Shown: positions 12,550 to 25,178, numbered from the stretch's first letter. The stretch: DNA of 64,000 nucleotides from Azolla caroliniana (GCA_043228905.1 JBHGNT010000003.1:8308001-8372000); one strand, 5' to 3'. Numbers and translations: made by a program. Notes: generated from the letters alone by a model not told the origin.

Positions 12550-13127
12550 GGCCGACCCGACTCACGCCCTTATGTACAGGAAACGCAGGAAAGGGGAAGC
12601 ACCCGACGCCAACAGAGACGTGAATATACACAGACTGACGCAACTGTATATATATATATATATATATAAAGAAGAATACATTCCCGGCTTCGAGTCGTTC
12701 CAAGGTAGGTTACAGTAGTCGTCAGCTGCCAAGCCGCCGGTCGGGGAGCTCACGGGCTTGTCGCGCCGAGTGGGGTCTTGCGCAAGAGACGAGCTGAAGC
12801 AAACCCTAAGCGAAACGAAGGGGGAGAAGAAGAAGAAGAAATGTAACTAACCCTAAATCTAACGGTATACCCTCTAACACAAAAATGGGCAACACCTTTC
12901 ACAAAGGCCGCTCCCTCCCTTTTATAGAACAAGGAGAGGGATGCGTTACAATGTGGGATAAATCATGACTTACATGGGATCGTCTGTCCCGACTTGACTA
13001 CTCATCGGCGCCATAAAGGCGCCCTCGTTATTCATACTGAATGTACAAGGGTGAGCACACACGTTGCACCCCGTCGATGTAGCCAATGTTTCCCGGTTTC
13101 CGCCTTTGGCCGAAATTCTTCACGACA
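12335..13127 (-). repeat. 3' (shared) LTR of F, with (CA)n and (TA)n microsatellites
   Basis: TG...CA ends; direct repeat of 16021-16804 with a few percent divergence. Confidence 0.93.
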
Positions 13128-14202
13128 TCCGCCCCCACCTAACCGCACGTCCACCGGTACATGCCAAATACGGTGAAGGGTGAGAGATTTCGGCCGTGAG
13201 AAACCGGTCTTCCGTGATCCGCATCCCGGCTCGTTGCCGGTTTGATCCGTCGGCTTCGATTCTTTCTTCGCGCTTACCTCCCCGTAGGCTCGTTCGACCC
13301 GTCGATGGGTCCTCTGCCACGATCTCCGTAGTACGCGTACTTACGCTGGCCCTTGTTCGGCCATATGAACGCCCGCTCCCCACCGTATGCCTGATGTCCT
13401 CCGCTCGAGGAAAGCTCGTAGTGGCCCGCTTGGCCTCCGTTGATCATTCGTGTTGTTCTTATTGCCATCCCATGCTGCTTCGCTTTGCCTTCATCCTCTC
13501 GCCGCCACCTTCCTTCTCCATGCTCTTTACATCGTGGCGTCGGCTCGAACCACCATGGTCTCCGGAACGGTGTGGAGGATGCTTTCTGGCCTTCTACGCG
13601 CTACCTCCGAACCGCGCAACCTATCTCCGCGCTCGCCTTTCCGCTCCGGCACCTTCGGGTGCCACATACCCTCGTCCGTTGTTTGGCACTTCCTGTGCCG
13701 TACTCTAGTTCATTGCACGCCTTGTCGGCCCCTTTCCCGGCCAGATCGTGCATCGTCGCTCACCCGCATACCGGTGTCCTCCGCATCCGAGGAACACCCC
13801 GTAGTAGCCCGTTTGGCCCTTCCCGTCTTCGTGCTGTTGCAACAGGTCCCGAGTCTTCCGCTTGCCGTCGTCCCCTCGCCCCACCAGCTTGTCACCCCGG
13901 CTTGCCGTGTTAGTCAGAGCTACTTCGTCGGAGCTACCGAGATCTACGAAGCGAGTGTGGAGGATCCTCTTCCGACCTCTCTTGCCATCCCCTGACTCCG
14001 ACCCTATGTAGTCCACTAGGCACTTGTCACCTCGTTCCCAGCACCTTCCTTGTGCCGTCTTCCGCTTCCTTTGTTCGGCACCGCCCGTGCCGAACACTGT
14101 CCCATAGTCACGCTTCAATCCGGCCCGCGATGGCCACTTGCGAGACTCTTGTTCCGTCCCAGGTGTGCCTTTCCGGCCCGACACACCTCCTCGTGTTTGC
14201 CC

Positions 14203-15660
14203 CTACCGGCTCCTTCCGAAACCTCGTGTCGTCGGGTCTCGTTCCCTACCGCCACCGTCCATCTCCCTAGGTCTCACATTGCCACGTTGGCCGAACTGCC
14301 GGAGTCTCCGGATCGGTGTGAGGGTCCCATAGGACCGGACTCCGTTTCTATGCTTGCCGAGATCCGGGTGTCTTTTGTTTGAGTCCCTCCCGGACTCTCC
14401 TCGTGTCTTCTCGCACGTGCCCACTCCGGGCCTCTCATCCTCACGGCCACCGCTCATCTCTCCGGTCTTATGTCCGCGCTCGGGCGCAACCGCCGAAGTC
14501 TCTGGCCCCGGTGTCGAGGGATCTCGCCTCCATCCACTACAAACCTCCTCTTCGTTATTTCGGTTGCCTGCCTTGCCGCCGCCACCGTCCGTCTCTCTAG
14601 GTCTCACACAGGCTCTCGAGCCGGTTGCCAGAGTCTCTAGAACCGGTGTGTGGAAGGTCGCGGCACCGTCGCTCGTCTCCTCTTCTTCCTCGATTTCGCA
14701 AGCCTCGAGTATGCTCGCGAAGTCCTCGTAGAAAGTTTCGGGCAACCGCGTCCTGAGACTTTCGCCCACTCTCGAAGTGGCGTCCATTGCTCCGTAGATA
14801 TCGGCCTCATCCATGGCCGTCCTCTTTCCACAAGTCGAGAGGGTCGCTCGCTCCGCACCCTCTCCCACATCATCGCCGTGGTCGCCCGCCTTGCCACCGC
14901 CACCATTCGTTACCCTAGGTCTCACACGGGCACTCGGGCCGGCCACCGGGGTCTCTTGAACCGGTGCGTGTAAGGTAGCAACGCCGCCGCTCGTCAATGT
15001 TATGCCCGTAGCCACCTCCATTCGGACATCGTCGTCTGTGGCTACCCCGCCTCCGTATATGCAAGCATCAATTATGCTTGCCGCCTCCTCTTCCACGGTC
15101 TCCATACCGTTGTCTCGGTGGCCCGCCTTGCCGCCACCACCGTCCGTCACTCTAGGTCTCACACCGGCTCTCGGGCCGGATGCCGGAGTCTCTAGGCCCG
15201 GTGTGCGTAAGGTCGCGGCACCACCACCCGTCTTCTCCCCGCTCGATGTTTCGGGCCTCCATGCCCGAACTCCCTCATGTCCACTCGAACCGGCGATCGC
15301 CGCCTTTCCGTCCCCGACCTCGTCCTCGGTTGATCTTTCTCCGCATGTCGAGAGGGTGGCTCGTCCCGCACCCTCTCCCGTGGTACCGATGTACCATTCT
15401 TTTTCGGCCTCCTCATCCTCCGATCCGCTCGGCCCCGACTCCGCAATAAGCCCTTCTTCGGCTTCGATTTGTGCCTCTACGATCTCGTACGCTTCCCGCA
15501 CCAAGGCTTCGATGTCGAGCTCCTCCGAACCGATTTGCGTTGAGCTCTCTTCCGGCGGTAGTGCGTAGTGGGTCACCGCTCTCTCTTCTCCGCCGCTCGC
15601 GGGCCGCGTTGTGGCCGACCGCCTCTCATCGCATTGTATGCCCATTCCACCTCGTTCCAA
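14203..15660 (-). other. Repetitive acidic low-complexity ORF region of F (485 aa), function unknown
   Basis: Repeated units ATLxTPxxET...VRPRxTDGGGGKAG (x3) and GEGAxRATLSTCG (x2); overlaps the end of gag in another frame. Confidence 0.5.
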
Positions 15661-15977
15661 TCTTCAGTGAGGCCGTACGCCCCTTCATCGTCTTCGAGGT
15701 AGGGAAAAATGGTCATTCTCCCCCTTTCGTTGACCGACTTTAAGAATAGTGGGACCTTGTCCACCCCCACCGATTCTTGATCCCGGACCGAAAGTTGGGA
15801 AAACCGGAGATCGAACTCCCGGAATGCCTTCATTGCGCTTCGAGGAGCCTTTGCCGACGACACCCATACATCGAACTCGCGTCGATCGTACTTGTACGAC
15901 TCTTCCTGTCTTTCTCTCCTTCTTGTGAAATCCCTTGCCATTCCCGTAATTACTTCCGCGATGTCTTCGGCTTCCAT
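15573..15977 (-). pseudogene. gag: Internally deleted gag of F
   Basis: FREFDLRF...DKVPLFLK...GLTEDW aligns by eye with H gag FEKRF...RVLLFVK...GLTADW. Confidence 0.75.
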
Positions 15978-16020
15978 CTCCTTCCTCCCTTGCCGCCTTT
16001 CACCTCGGGTTCACCAAATA

Positions 16021-16804
16021 TGTCGCGTTGTTACGCGCGTGCCTGGAGAAAGGCGGAACCACAGGGGTCTTGGAATAGGGAGTGACGGAGCGTAGGAAGT
16101 CGTACTTCACCGTTTTCGGGGCACCCCGGAAGCACACCGGAAGCAACCGAAGGGAGAGAGAGAAAGAGAGGGAGCGCGCGCTTGACACTGACTCACGCAC
16201 ACGCACGCGCACACACACACACACACACACAAGCCGACCCGAATCACGCCCTTATGTACAGGAAACGCAGGAAAGGGGAAGCACTCGATGCCAACAGAGA
16301 CGCGAACATACGCAGACCGACGCAACTGTATATATATATATATAAAGAAGAATACATTCCCAGCTTCGAGCCATTCCAAGGTAGGTTACAATAGTCGTCA
16401 GCTGCCAAGCCGCCGGTCGGGGAGCTCACGGGCTTGTCGCGCCGAGCGGGGTCTTGCGCAGGAGATGAGCTGAAGCAAACCCTAAGCGAACACGAAGGGG
16501 GAGAAGAAGAAGAAGAAATGTAACTAACCCTAAATCTAACGGTATACCCTCTAACGCAAAAATGGGCAACCCCTTTCACAAAGGCCGCTCCCTCCCTTTT
16601 ATAGAACAAGGAGAGGGATGCGTTACAATGTGGGATAAATCACGACTTACATGGGATCGTCTGTCCCGACTTGACTACTCTTCGGCGCCATAAAGGCGCC
16701 CTCGTTATTCATACTGAATGTACAAGGGTGAGCACACACGCTGCACCCCGCCGATGTAACCAATGTTTCCCAGTTTCCGCCTCTGGCCGAAATTCTTCAC
16801 GACA
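16021..16804 (-). repeat. 5' LTR of F
   Basis: TG...CA ends, followed on the minus strand by the Trp PBS. Confidence 0.93.
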
Positions 16805-17387
16805 GCGTCATCAAGCCCGTACCTCTCGAGAAGCCATGCTTCGAATTCTCCCCAGGTCCGGCATCCAGCCTGTACCTCGAGCACCTCTGCGTGGATGCCC
16901 AGTGTCGCCACCTAAGGGAACCCGGCCAGGCGCTTATCCTCCGGAATGTCTCTCATCACCATCTCGGCCCGGTAGGCCACCAAATAGCTCGTGGTGTCTT
17001 TCCCACCGAATCGGCCTATAATGCTGACAATTGCTTCAATGGCCTCGCGAGCACTTACTATCCGATTGACCGCTGCTGCCATGGCTTTGGCGAGCTCCGA
17101 TCCCCTCATCTTCGACTCCTCTCCCATCTGGTTTCACGTCAGGTTCACCAAATATGTCGCGTTATTACGCGTGCGTGTGTGAAATAAGGCGGGACTGCGG
17201 GGGCCCTGAACCAAGGAGCAAGAGAGACAACAGGAAGTGAGGAGTGCGACAGTGCGAGGGCTACTAGACCTATCAACAACCGGCGACACTTACCGGCTGA
17301 TTGGACCACCAACGCGTATACCGACTCAATCAAAGAGCACACTCAAGAGAGATGAAAGAAGAGACTCCCTGAACACAGATAACACGG
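16805..17387 (-). mobile_element. gag: Element G: Trp-PBS gypsy stub (partial 5' LTR 17155-17387, PBS 17133-17150, gag start 17127-16805)
   Basis: MRGSELAKAM...GRFGGKDTTSYL resembles H gag. Cut by F on the left and by H on the right. Confidence 0.85.
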
Positions 17388-17994
17388 TGTCATGGAGAAA
17401 ACCGTCCCTAGGCGGAAACCGGGTATAACGTGCGTAAACCAGCCCTTACACGTGGGCACAAGTTTTGTTGTATAGTACGTAGGTAGGTACACGTCGCCTG
17501 AGGCAAAATCCTAGGTAGTACGCGTTCGGTAGGGAGGAAATCGAGGCGTATCCCTATCCGAAAGGATAGGGAATAAACATGATGTAACGAGTGGTAACGG
17601 CCTCCCTCCTTGGGTTATAAAAGAGAGAGAGAAGTGAGAGAAATGTATCGCGTTTTTGGGAGCGAGGAAGGGTTGTCGAACTGGGACCGAGCTCTCTCCT
17701 CCATCGTTCGACTTTCTCTGCAGGATTTCGGATTGTGTTGCCTCTGCTTCGTGGACAGCCCGTGTGCTTCCGGCAGAGGCTCCAATGTGTAGTTGGGCAA
17801 AGTGCGTGCGTGAGCATTGTGTGTATGTGTGTGTGTCCGCCTGGGTTGGGTTCATCGCCAGCTTCTCTATCTCTTTCCTCCTCTGTGTTTCTGCAAGCTG
17901 CTCTCTCTCTCTCTCCGCTCTTTCTCACGCCCCTTGGTTCAAGGCCCCCGTGGTCCCGCCTCTTTCCGAACGCGAAGAGCATAACAACACAACA
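17388..17994 (+). repeat. 5' LTR of H (607 bp)
   Basis: Start tgtcatggag...ggcggaaaccggg resembles the F LTR start; ends aaca; TATAAAA near 17617. Confidence 0.8.
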
Positions 17995-17998
17995 TATT

Positions 17999-18016
17999 TG
18001 GTGAACCCGACGTGAA
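17999..18016 (+). promoter_or_regulatory. PBS, tRNA-Trp
   Basis: TGGTGAACCCGACGTGAA is complementary to the 3' end of plant cytosolic tRNA-Trp(CCA). Confidence 0.9.
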
Positions 18017-18038
18017 ATAGGCGGCAAAGGAGTGAAGG

Positions 18039-18729
18039 ATGAGGGGATCTGAGCTTGCTGAAGCTATGGTCGTAGCCGTCGACTGGCTAGTAAGCGCTGC
18101 GAGGGAACGAGTGCTCTCGATATGGCCATTGAGTCGATCATTGGCACCATAGGTCATTTCGGTGGGAAGAATGCCACGAGCTACTTGGAGGCCTACCGGG
18201 CCGAAATGATCATGAGGGATATCTCGGTGGGTAGGCGGCTGTCCGGATTCCCTCGGGTAGTGACGCCGAGCATCCACGCAGAGGTGATCGAGCTACTGGC
18301 CGCATGCTGGATTTGGGAGGAGTTTGAGTTGCGGCTCCTCGAGATGTATGGGTTCGATGACTCGCTCCGGTTGTCGAAGCGAGACTTCATGGAGTGGGTT
18401 GAGAGCCCAGGGAAGGGGAGAAACGCATCGGCGCTCCTCCAGGAGTTCGAGAAACGGTTCGCACGGCTGTCAACGTTGGACCAGACCATGCTCGACACAA
18501 GTCGGGTACTACTGTTCGTCAAGGCGGTGGATGCCATGGACCGGGAGAAGGTGGGTCTCCTGTTGGAAACGGACGAAGGGCTCACGGCAGACTGGGCCAT
18601 GGTAAGGAGGGTCTGCGATCGTTTCGACAAGCGGCACGAGTGGAGCGATGAGGGCTCGTTGGCGGCAAGGCTGGTCCCGGCGAGGTAGCTCGAGGAGCCG
18701 GTCTTGGTACCGTCTAAGAAGGAAGAAAC
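18039..18729 (+). pseudogene. gag: H gag, part 1
   Basis: MRGSELAEAM start, a frameshift, then ORF 18122..18688. Confidence 0.8.
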
Positions 18730-19408
18730 TATCAAGAACACACGATGCGGATGAACAACACTCGGCCACAACCGAGCCTAGAATAAAACACAAAAAACGG
18801 GGAATGAAAGCACAACACAATGGAGAGGAGAGTACACAGGATGTTTACGTGGAAAACCCAAACTCGGGAAAAACCACGGCAGCCCACAGACTACAAACTA
18901 TCACTATATCAGAATGTACAATAGGAAAGCACCGAGGCCATGACCTCGAGCTTGCTATCTTCGCCACAGGCGGTGGTTACAACAAAGGCAATGACCTCTT
19001 CCTCTCTCTCACTCTCTCTGTACACTGTTACGCGCTCTAATCTTACGCCAACAAGAATGACAACAACTTCTTTTACTAAGTTTGCCCTAAGTCATATTTA
19101 TACTAATATGACTTTTCGGCTATTTACAAATATAGCCCCAATGGACTCTCAGAAACATATTTACGAATATGTCCCTTCATCCGGTGAGCACTCCTCACCG
19201 GGCCTGCATCATCCGGCGCTTGCCGGGTACTCGTCATCCGGTTCTCACCGGGTCTTCCGTTGCCGGGTACTCCACATCCAGTTCTCACCGGGTCTTCACC
19301 ATCCAGCTCTTGCCGGGTACTCGTCATCCGATTCTCACCAGGTCTTCCGTTGCCGGGTACTCCACATCCGGTTCTCACCTCCCATCCGGAGGGACCTGTT
19401 TCCTAACA
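18730..19408 (-). repeat. 3' LTR of B (679 bp, ~90-bp internal duplication)
   Basis: Direct repeat of 22906-23493; the terminal dinucleotide is mutated (ta for tg on the plus strand). Confidence 0.92.
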
Positions 19409-19418
19409 AACTCCCCTT

Positions 19419-22400
19419 TCACTCCGGCATGGGATTTCTTACTAGTCTGATCCGCTTCCGGCATGCATCCAGCTTGTCAGGTATCAGTACTTTGGTCAGC
19501 ATATCTGACCCGTTCTCAGCCGTGTGGATCTTCGTCAGCGCGAACTCCTGGTCATCTATTCTTTCCCGGATCCAGTGATACCTTCGCTGGATATGCTTTG
19601 TCCGGGAATGGTAGGCCGCATTCTTAGCAAGGTGGATGGCACTTTGACTGTCGCAATAGAGCCGGTATTCATCTTGTTGGATACCGAGCTCTCCGATGAA
19701 GTCCTTCATCCATAATATTTCCTTGCCGGCTTCCACAGCCGCCATGTGCTCCGCCTCCGTGGTTGACAACGCAACCGTCTTCTGCAGCCTCGACTGCCAC
19801 GAAACAACTCCCCCTACATATGTCATTATATACCCGGATGTAGACCGACTGGTATCCACATCAGCCGACATGTCCGAATCGGTAAAACCGTCAAGTTGAG
19901 GTTTTCCGGAGCCGAATCGGAGACACATATTTGAAGTGCCCTTCAAGTACCAGAGTATCCATTTGACCGTGTTCCAGTGCTCCTTCCCTTTCTCCACAAA
20001 TCCCTCCGGTTGCTGCATGTAGATCTCCTCTTCGAGGTCGCCGTGAAAGAATGTCGTCTTCACGTCCAGCTGCTCTACCTCGAGGTCCATGCTTGCCGCT
20101 ATACTCAGCACCGTCCGGATGGAGGTCATCTTTACTACCGGGGCAAATATCTCGTCAAAGTCCACGCCCTTTTCTGCTGGAACCCCTTCACCACGATCCT
20201 GGCTTTGTATCTCGGGGGGTTGCCGGCATCTCCCGGTTTCAACTTGTACACCCACTTGTTTCGGAGTGCCCGCTTTCCTTTCGGCAACTCCACCAATTCG
20301 TACGTATGGTTCTCATGTAGGGAATCCATCTCATCCTGCATGGCACTTAACCATTTGCGGATGTGGGTGTCATCCTTCGCTTCTTCGAAGCTTTCCGGCT
20401 CCCCCTCATCGGTTAGCAGAACATGCTCTACATCCGGAAATCTCTGGGGCGCCCTTCTCTCTCTGAGAGGATTTCTCCGTCTTCGGGCTTCGGTAACGGG
20501 CTCCTCCATTTGCTCTTCATCCGAATCCAATTCGGGGTCTTGGCCGGTTCCGGTTTCAGCTTCCTCTACTTCTTCTTCAGCCTGTTTGGTATCCTCACCG
20601 TAATCGGCTGGTCCCTCGAGTGCTAACCGGTCTCTTGCCGGTTGAGTCTGCTCATCGTAGAATCGATCCTTACCGGTCGACTCGGAGTTCATTATCTTCT
20701 TCTCCGATTCCCAGTCAGCGAGTGTCTTGTCCTCCATGAAGATAATATCTCGACTCCGGAATACCTTCTTGTCGACCAGGTCCCACACTCGGTAGCCGAA
20801 CTCATCGTCGCCGTAACTGAGGAATATGCATGGCTGGGTCTTCGGATCTAGTTTTCCTCTCTGGTCCTTAGCTACATGCACATACGCAAGACACCAGAAT
20901 ACCTTTAGATGCCGGTAGGACACTTCCTTACCGGTCCAGACTCTCTATGGCGTGTCTCTGTCCAAGGGTACTAAGGGTGATCTGTTTATCACATATGTCG
21001 CCGTCGACCGTGCCTCAGCCCAAAACTTCTTGGGTAGTTTTGCATGCGCCAACATACTCCGGACCCTCTCCATTATGGTCTGGTTCATCGTCTCGGCCAG
21101 CCCGTTTAGTTTCGGCGTCTTCGGCACGATAAATTTGAGCCAGATTCCCTTCGAGCGACAGTACTCCTCGAACTGCCCCCGATATTCTCCTCCGTTATCT
21201 GCTCGAACCGCCTTCAGCTTCCGGCTGGTTTCTCTTTCCACTCTCGCGTGGAGCTCTTTGAAGACGGATAACACCTGATCCTTCGTCTTCAATGGTGTGG
21301 CCCAGAGCTTCCGGCTGTGGTCATCTATGAACGTCACGAAGTACTGTGATCCTGCATGTGACTTCGTGTCCACTTGACACACATCAGTATGCACCAACTC
21401 CAGTGGTGCATTACTTCTCATCGGTGGCCTTGTTCGGAAGGAGGTGTGGTTTGGCTTACCGGCCAGATAATCAGTGCACTTCTCCAAGTGCACGTTCTTC
21501 ACTGGAATGAGGTTGTCATCTGCAAGCCTCTTCATCCCCTTCTCGCTCATGTGACACAGCCTTTTGGGCCACAGCTCACCGGCAGTGTCTGATGCCACGT
21601 TCACTTCTTCCGGGCATAACCTGGCATTCATCATGTACAGCGTGTTGACCTTCCGGGCCTGAGCCACAATCAGGCTCCCTTTGTTGAACTTCATAACACC
21701 ATTCTGGATGCTACCCGTGTAGCCTTCATCATCTAGCCGACCGGCTGATATCAGGTTCATACGAACCTCCGGAACGTGTCGGACATCCTTCAGCAGCAGC
21801 TTGCATCCGGTTGGTGTTGTCAGCCACACGTCTCCTATGCCGACAATTCGGCATGTACCTTCATTCTCCATCTGGACACAACCGTGATCACCGACTGAGT
21901 AGGATGAGAAGCATTTCCGGTCCGGGGTAAGGTGGAACGACGCTCCGGAGTGGACCACCCAGGTCATCTCGTCGTCGGCAAGGTTTAGCTCACTCTCCTC
22001 GGTGATGAGCATCAACTCTTCTTCACTTGCCGCGATTGCCGTCATTCCCTTCCGGTCCGTTCCCCTCCGGTCTTTACCGTTCCGGTCCGATGTCCGCTTC
22101 GAATCGGTACCGTTGGTTTCCTTGTCTTTTCGGAAATGTCGACAGTTCTTCTGGAAGTGTCCCAGCTTGCTGCAATAGAAGCAAGTAGGCCTCCCCCTTG
22201 ACTTTGACCATGCCCCCGACTTCTCCCGGTTCTGGGACTACGGTTCCTTTGTCTTCCGCGTTCCGATTCGGTAAGGAGCGCTTTGGAGTTGGAGCTCGTA
22301 TCCTTGTCTTTCCGATGCGCCTCCTCATCTAGCAAGCTTGACTTCACTCTTGCTAGGGATAACTGTTTCCCTTCCGGCCCGGCGTTGCCCAAAGTGACAA

Positions 22401-22875
22401 CCAACGTCTCCCAGCTATCTGGGAGGGAACCGAGCAGGAGTAGCGCTAGTACCTCATTGGCGAGAGGTACTTCCAATGATGTTTCCTAGTGGATCAGCCC
22501 CTGGAAGCCATTCATGTGCTCCGCCATGCTGGAGCCATCTTGGTACCGGATTCTTACTAGCTTCCGGAATACCGAAACCTGGTTAACAGCATTTTTGTTT
22601 TGAAACATAATGTTGATCTTCTCCCAGAGCTCATGAGCCTTGCTCTCTTCATTAAAGTTGTTGTATAGGCTCATGTCGATGAAGCACCGTATGTAAGCCG
22701 TTGTCTTCATGTGCATCACCTCCCATATCGTGCCGTCGATTTTGTCCGGTCTCTTGTCCCCGAACTGAACCGGCAACCAAAGATCTTTAACCACGAGCAT
22801 GTCCCTCATCTTAGACTTCCACACCGAATAGTTGGAGCCGGTGAGCTTGAACATGCCTCCCAACGAATCGTCCAT
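19419..22875 (-). pseudogene. gag-pol: B gag-pol with stops, frameshifts and an RT core deletion
   Basis: Motifs KLTGSNYSVW, WVVHSGASFH, VHTDVC, RADNGGEY, EQLDVKTTF, GFTDSD, HSRTKHI spread over five ORF fragments. Confidence 0.93.
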
Positions 22876-22905
22876 TTTCTGTGTCGTTTTGCTCTGATAC
22901 CACTT

Positions 22906-23493
22906 TGTCAAGAACACACACTGCGGATGAACAACACTCGGCCACAACCGAGCCTAGAATAAAACACAGAAAACGGGGAATGAAAGCACAACACAATGGA
23001 GAGAAGAGTACACAGGATGTTTACGTGGAAAACCCAAACTCGGGAAAAACCACGGCAACCCACAGACTGCAAACTATCACTATATCAAAATGTACAATAG
23101 GAAAGCACCGAGGCCACGACCTTGAGCTTGCTATCTTCGCCACAGGCGGCGGTTACAACAAAGGCAACGACCTCTTCCTCTCTCTCACTCTCTCTGTACA
23201 CTATTACGCGCTCTAATCTTACGCCAACAAGAATGACAACAACTTCTTTTACTAAGTTTGCCCTAAGTCATATTTATACTAATATGACTTTTCGGCTATT
23301 TACAAATATAGCCCCGATGGACTCTCAGAAACATATTTACAAATATGTCCCTTCATCCGATGAGCACTCCTCACCAGGCTTGCAACTTCCGGCGCTTGTC
23401 GGGTACTCATCATCCGGTTCTCACCGGGTCTTTCGTTGCTGGGTACTCCACATCCGGTTCTCACCTCCATCCGGAGGGACCTGTTTCCTAACA
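22906..23493 (-). repeat. 5' LTR of B (588 bp)
   Basis: TG...CA ends, PBS 3 nt away. Confidence 0.93.
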
Positions 23494-24792
23494 GAAACTC
23501 GAAGTTGGCTTGAGGCGGGCTCAGCCCCGAGCGGAGTGGTCAAAGGTCCCTCCGGAGGCGCAGCTCTTGAAGAGTTGTCGTAGATGGTGTGAGATCTCCA
23601 AATCGCACAGGCCCGGAGGGACAACGGCGAACAATCTCGTGATCGAAGGCCACCGATGGGGTAGCGGTGCATGTGGTGCGACACGGTCGGCCACATATGG
23701 AAAGAATGCGCGGATTTCGCAGAGGCACTCAGGACCAACGTGGTTTACCTTTGGAACAGGCGGATGCATGTGAGCGAGACCTGGAAAGCCCTAGAGTTGA
23801 ATTCGGGGCGCGGCAGAATGAAGCGGTTGATGGAAGAGGTTGCGGCACGACATGCAGAGGCCGTTAACTACTTGGCGTTGGCGGGAATCCGGGTCGGGGA
23901 TGTTGAGGCCCGAAAAGCGAAGGACTTCGGATTTTGGCCGTTGGTGCTAGAGGGTCTCCCTAGAGTACGGTTGAAGAAGGAAGAGGTAGACCGCGCGGAA
24001 CAGTGGATCCAGGAGGTCACCGGATGGGACGACCCGGTGGAAGAGAAGACTGGCTTCGTGGCAGCCGCATGCCAGAACTACGAGGTTCTGGTAGAAGACA
24101 AGCGTGCGGGAAAGGCCGGAGGGGCAGGCCCCTCGCAGCGGTATGAGACCCGGTTCGGACCGAAGCCGAATGAGACCGTCAACACCGGCGCACCGGAGAA
24201 GAAGAAGCAGGCCGGTTTCCGGCTGAGTACCGAAATCGAACGAACGACGGACCTACGGAAGGTCCTGGAAGAGAGAATTCTCGACAACAAGGTCGAGTTG
24301 TCGTTACGGGAGGTGCTGGGAATCGCCAAGAAGGAGTTCCACGACTCCATCGTGGACTTGGTGAAGCGGAAGAGGCTCTCGAGAGAACCAGAACCGGAGA
24401 AACCGGTGGAAGTGCGGACGACGCACTTAGAAGACACGGCCCTAGAGGATGAGTTGGCGGAAAGCCACTATGCGAAGCCGCATTGGGCTAGGGCCATTAC
24501 GGAAACCCCTGTTCGGATCGGCGACGTCCAAGAGCCAGTGGTGGCATTGGTAGACCACGGTTCGGAGATCAACCTAATGTCCATGGACTTCTATAAAAAG
24601 GGGAAATGGATGATCAACACCAAGCACGGGTGGAAGATACGCGCGACGACACGCGCTACAGAGGAGCTGCATGGTGCGTGCCCGAACGTACGCGTGAAGA
24701 TCGGCGACGTTGAGATAGATCAACATTTCTTCGTGCAGGAGACTTCCTCGCACCCGGTAATTCTCGGCGAACCGTACATTACGACAACACGC
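23494..24792 (+). pseudogene. gag-pol: H gag C-terminus (zinc knuckle) and protease
   Basis: CMWCDTVGHIWKEC; ALVDHGSEINLM...VILGEPY. Confidence 0.85.
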
Positions 24793-25178
24793 TGTTGGCC
24801 GGTCAGAAGAGCAAGGACAAGTGGGAAGGCGGAATCGGATCGGATAATAGGAAGTAATAGTAGAATTATTATTCGGAGGGACGGATTCGGTACAGTTGTA
24901 CCGATCCGGATCCGAACCGATTCGGATGTCGGTTGCCTAAGCGCACCGATTGTAACCTTGCCGGATGCCTATAAAAGGATCCGATGATTTGTAAAGTGTT
25001 TTGACGGAAGTAATACAATAGCAATTATTGTGTATTTATCTGTATCTCGTATTGTTTGCTGTCCGTGCTTAATTGTAATCATCTTATGCGTGTAACCTAG
25101 CATCCAATCCTTACCACCCCTTTGGAGAAGTGTCGGGTAGACACCTGTGTTGAGGCTAGTCCAGCCAGACAGACAACA
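24793..25178 (+). repeat. 5' LTR of C1
   Basis: TGTTG...CAACA; repeat of 35445-35830. Confidence 0.95.

Larger units (their letters stand above)
12335..16804 (-). mobile_element. Element F: non-autonomous gag-only (TR-GAG-like) LTR retrotransposon
   Basis: LTRs 16021-16804 and 12335-13127, Trp PBS 15999-16016, PPT 13128-13140 (aggtgggggcgga on minus), partial gag, no pol motifs. Confidence 0.88.
18730..23493 (-). mobile_element. Element B: Ty1/copia (Tnt1/Tork-like), degenerate
   Basis: LTRs 22906-23493 and 18730-19408, TSD gaaac, Met-i PBS 22891-22902, PPT ~19409-19420. Confidence 0.95.

Noticed and set aside
13196-13995. Antisense ORFs near the 3' end of F
   Set aside because: Several overlapping frames are open in GC-rich sequence with no recognisable motif.
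17155-17994. Bidirectional LTR with outward-facing PBSs at both ends
   Set aside because: Explained by H (LTR start 17388) inserting in the opposite orientation into G's LTR.
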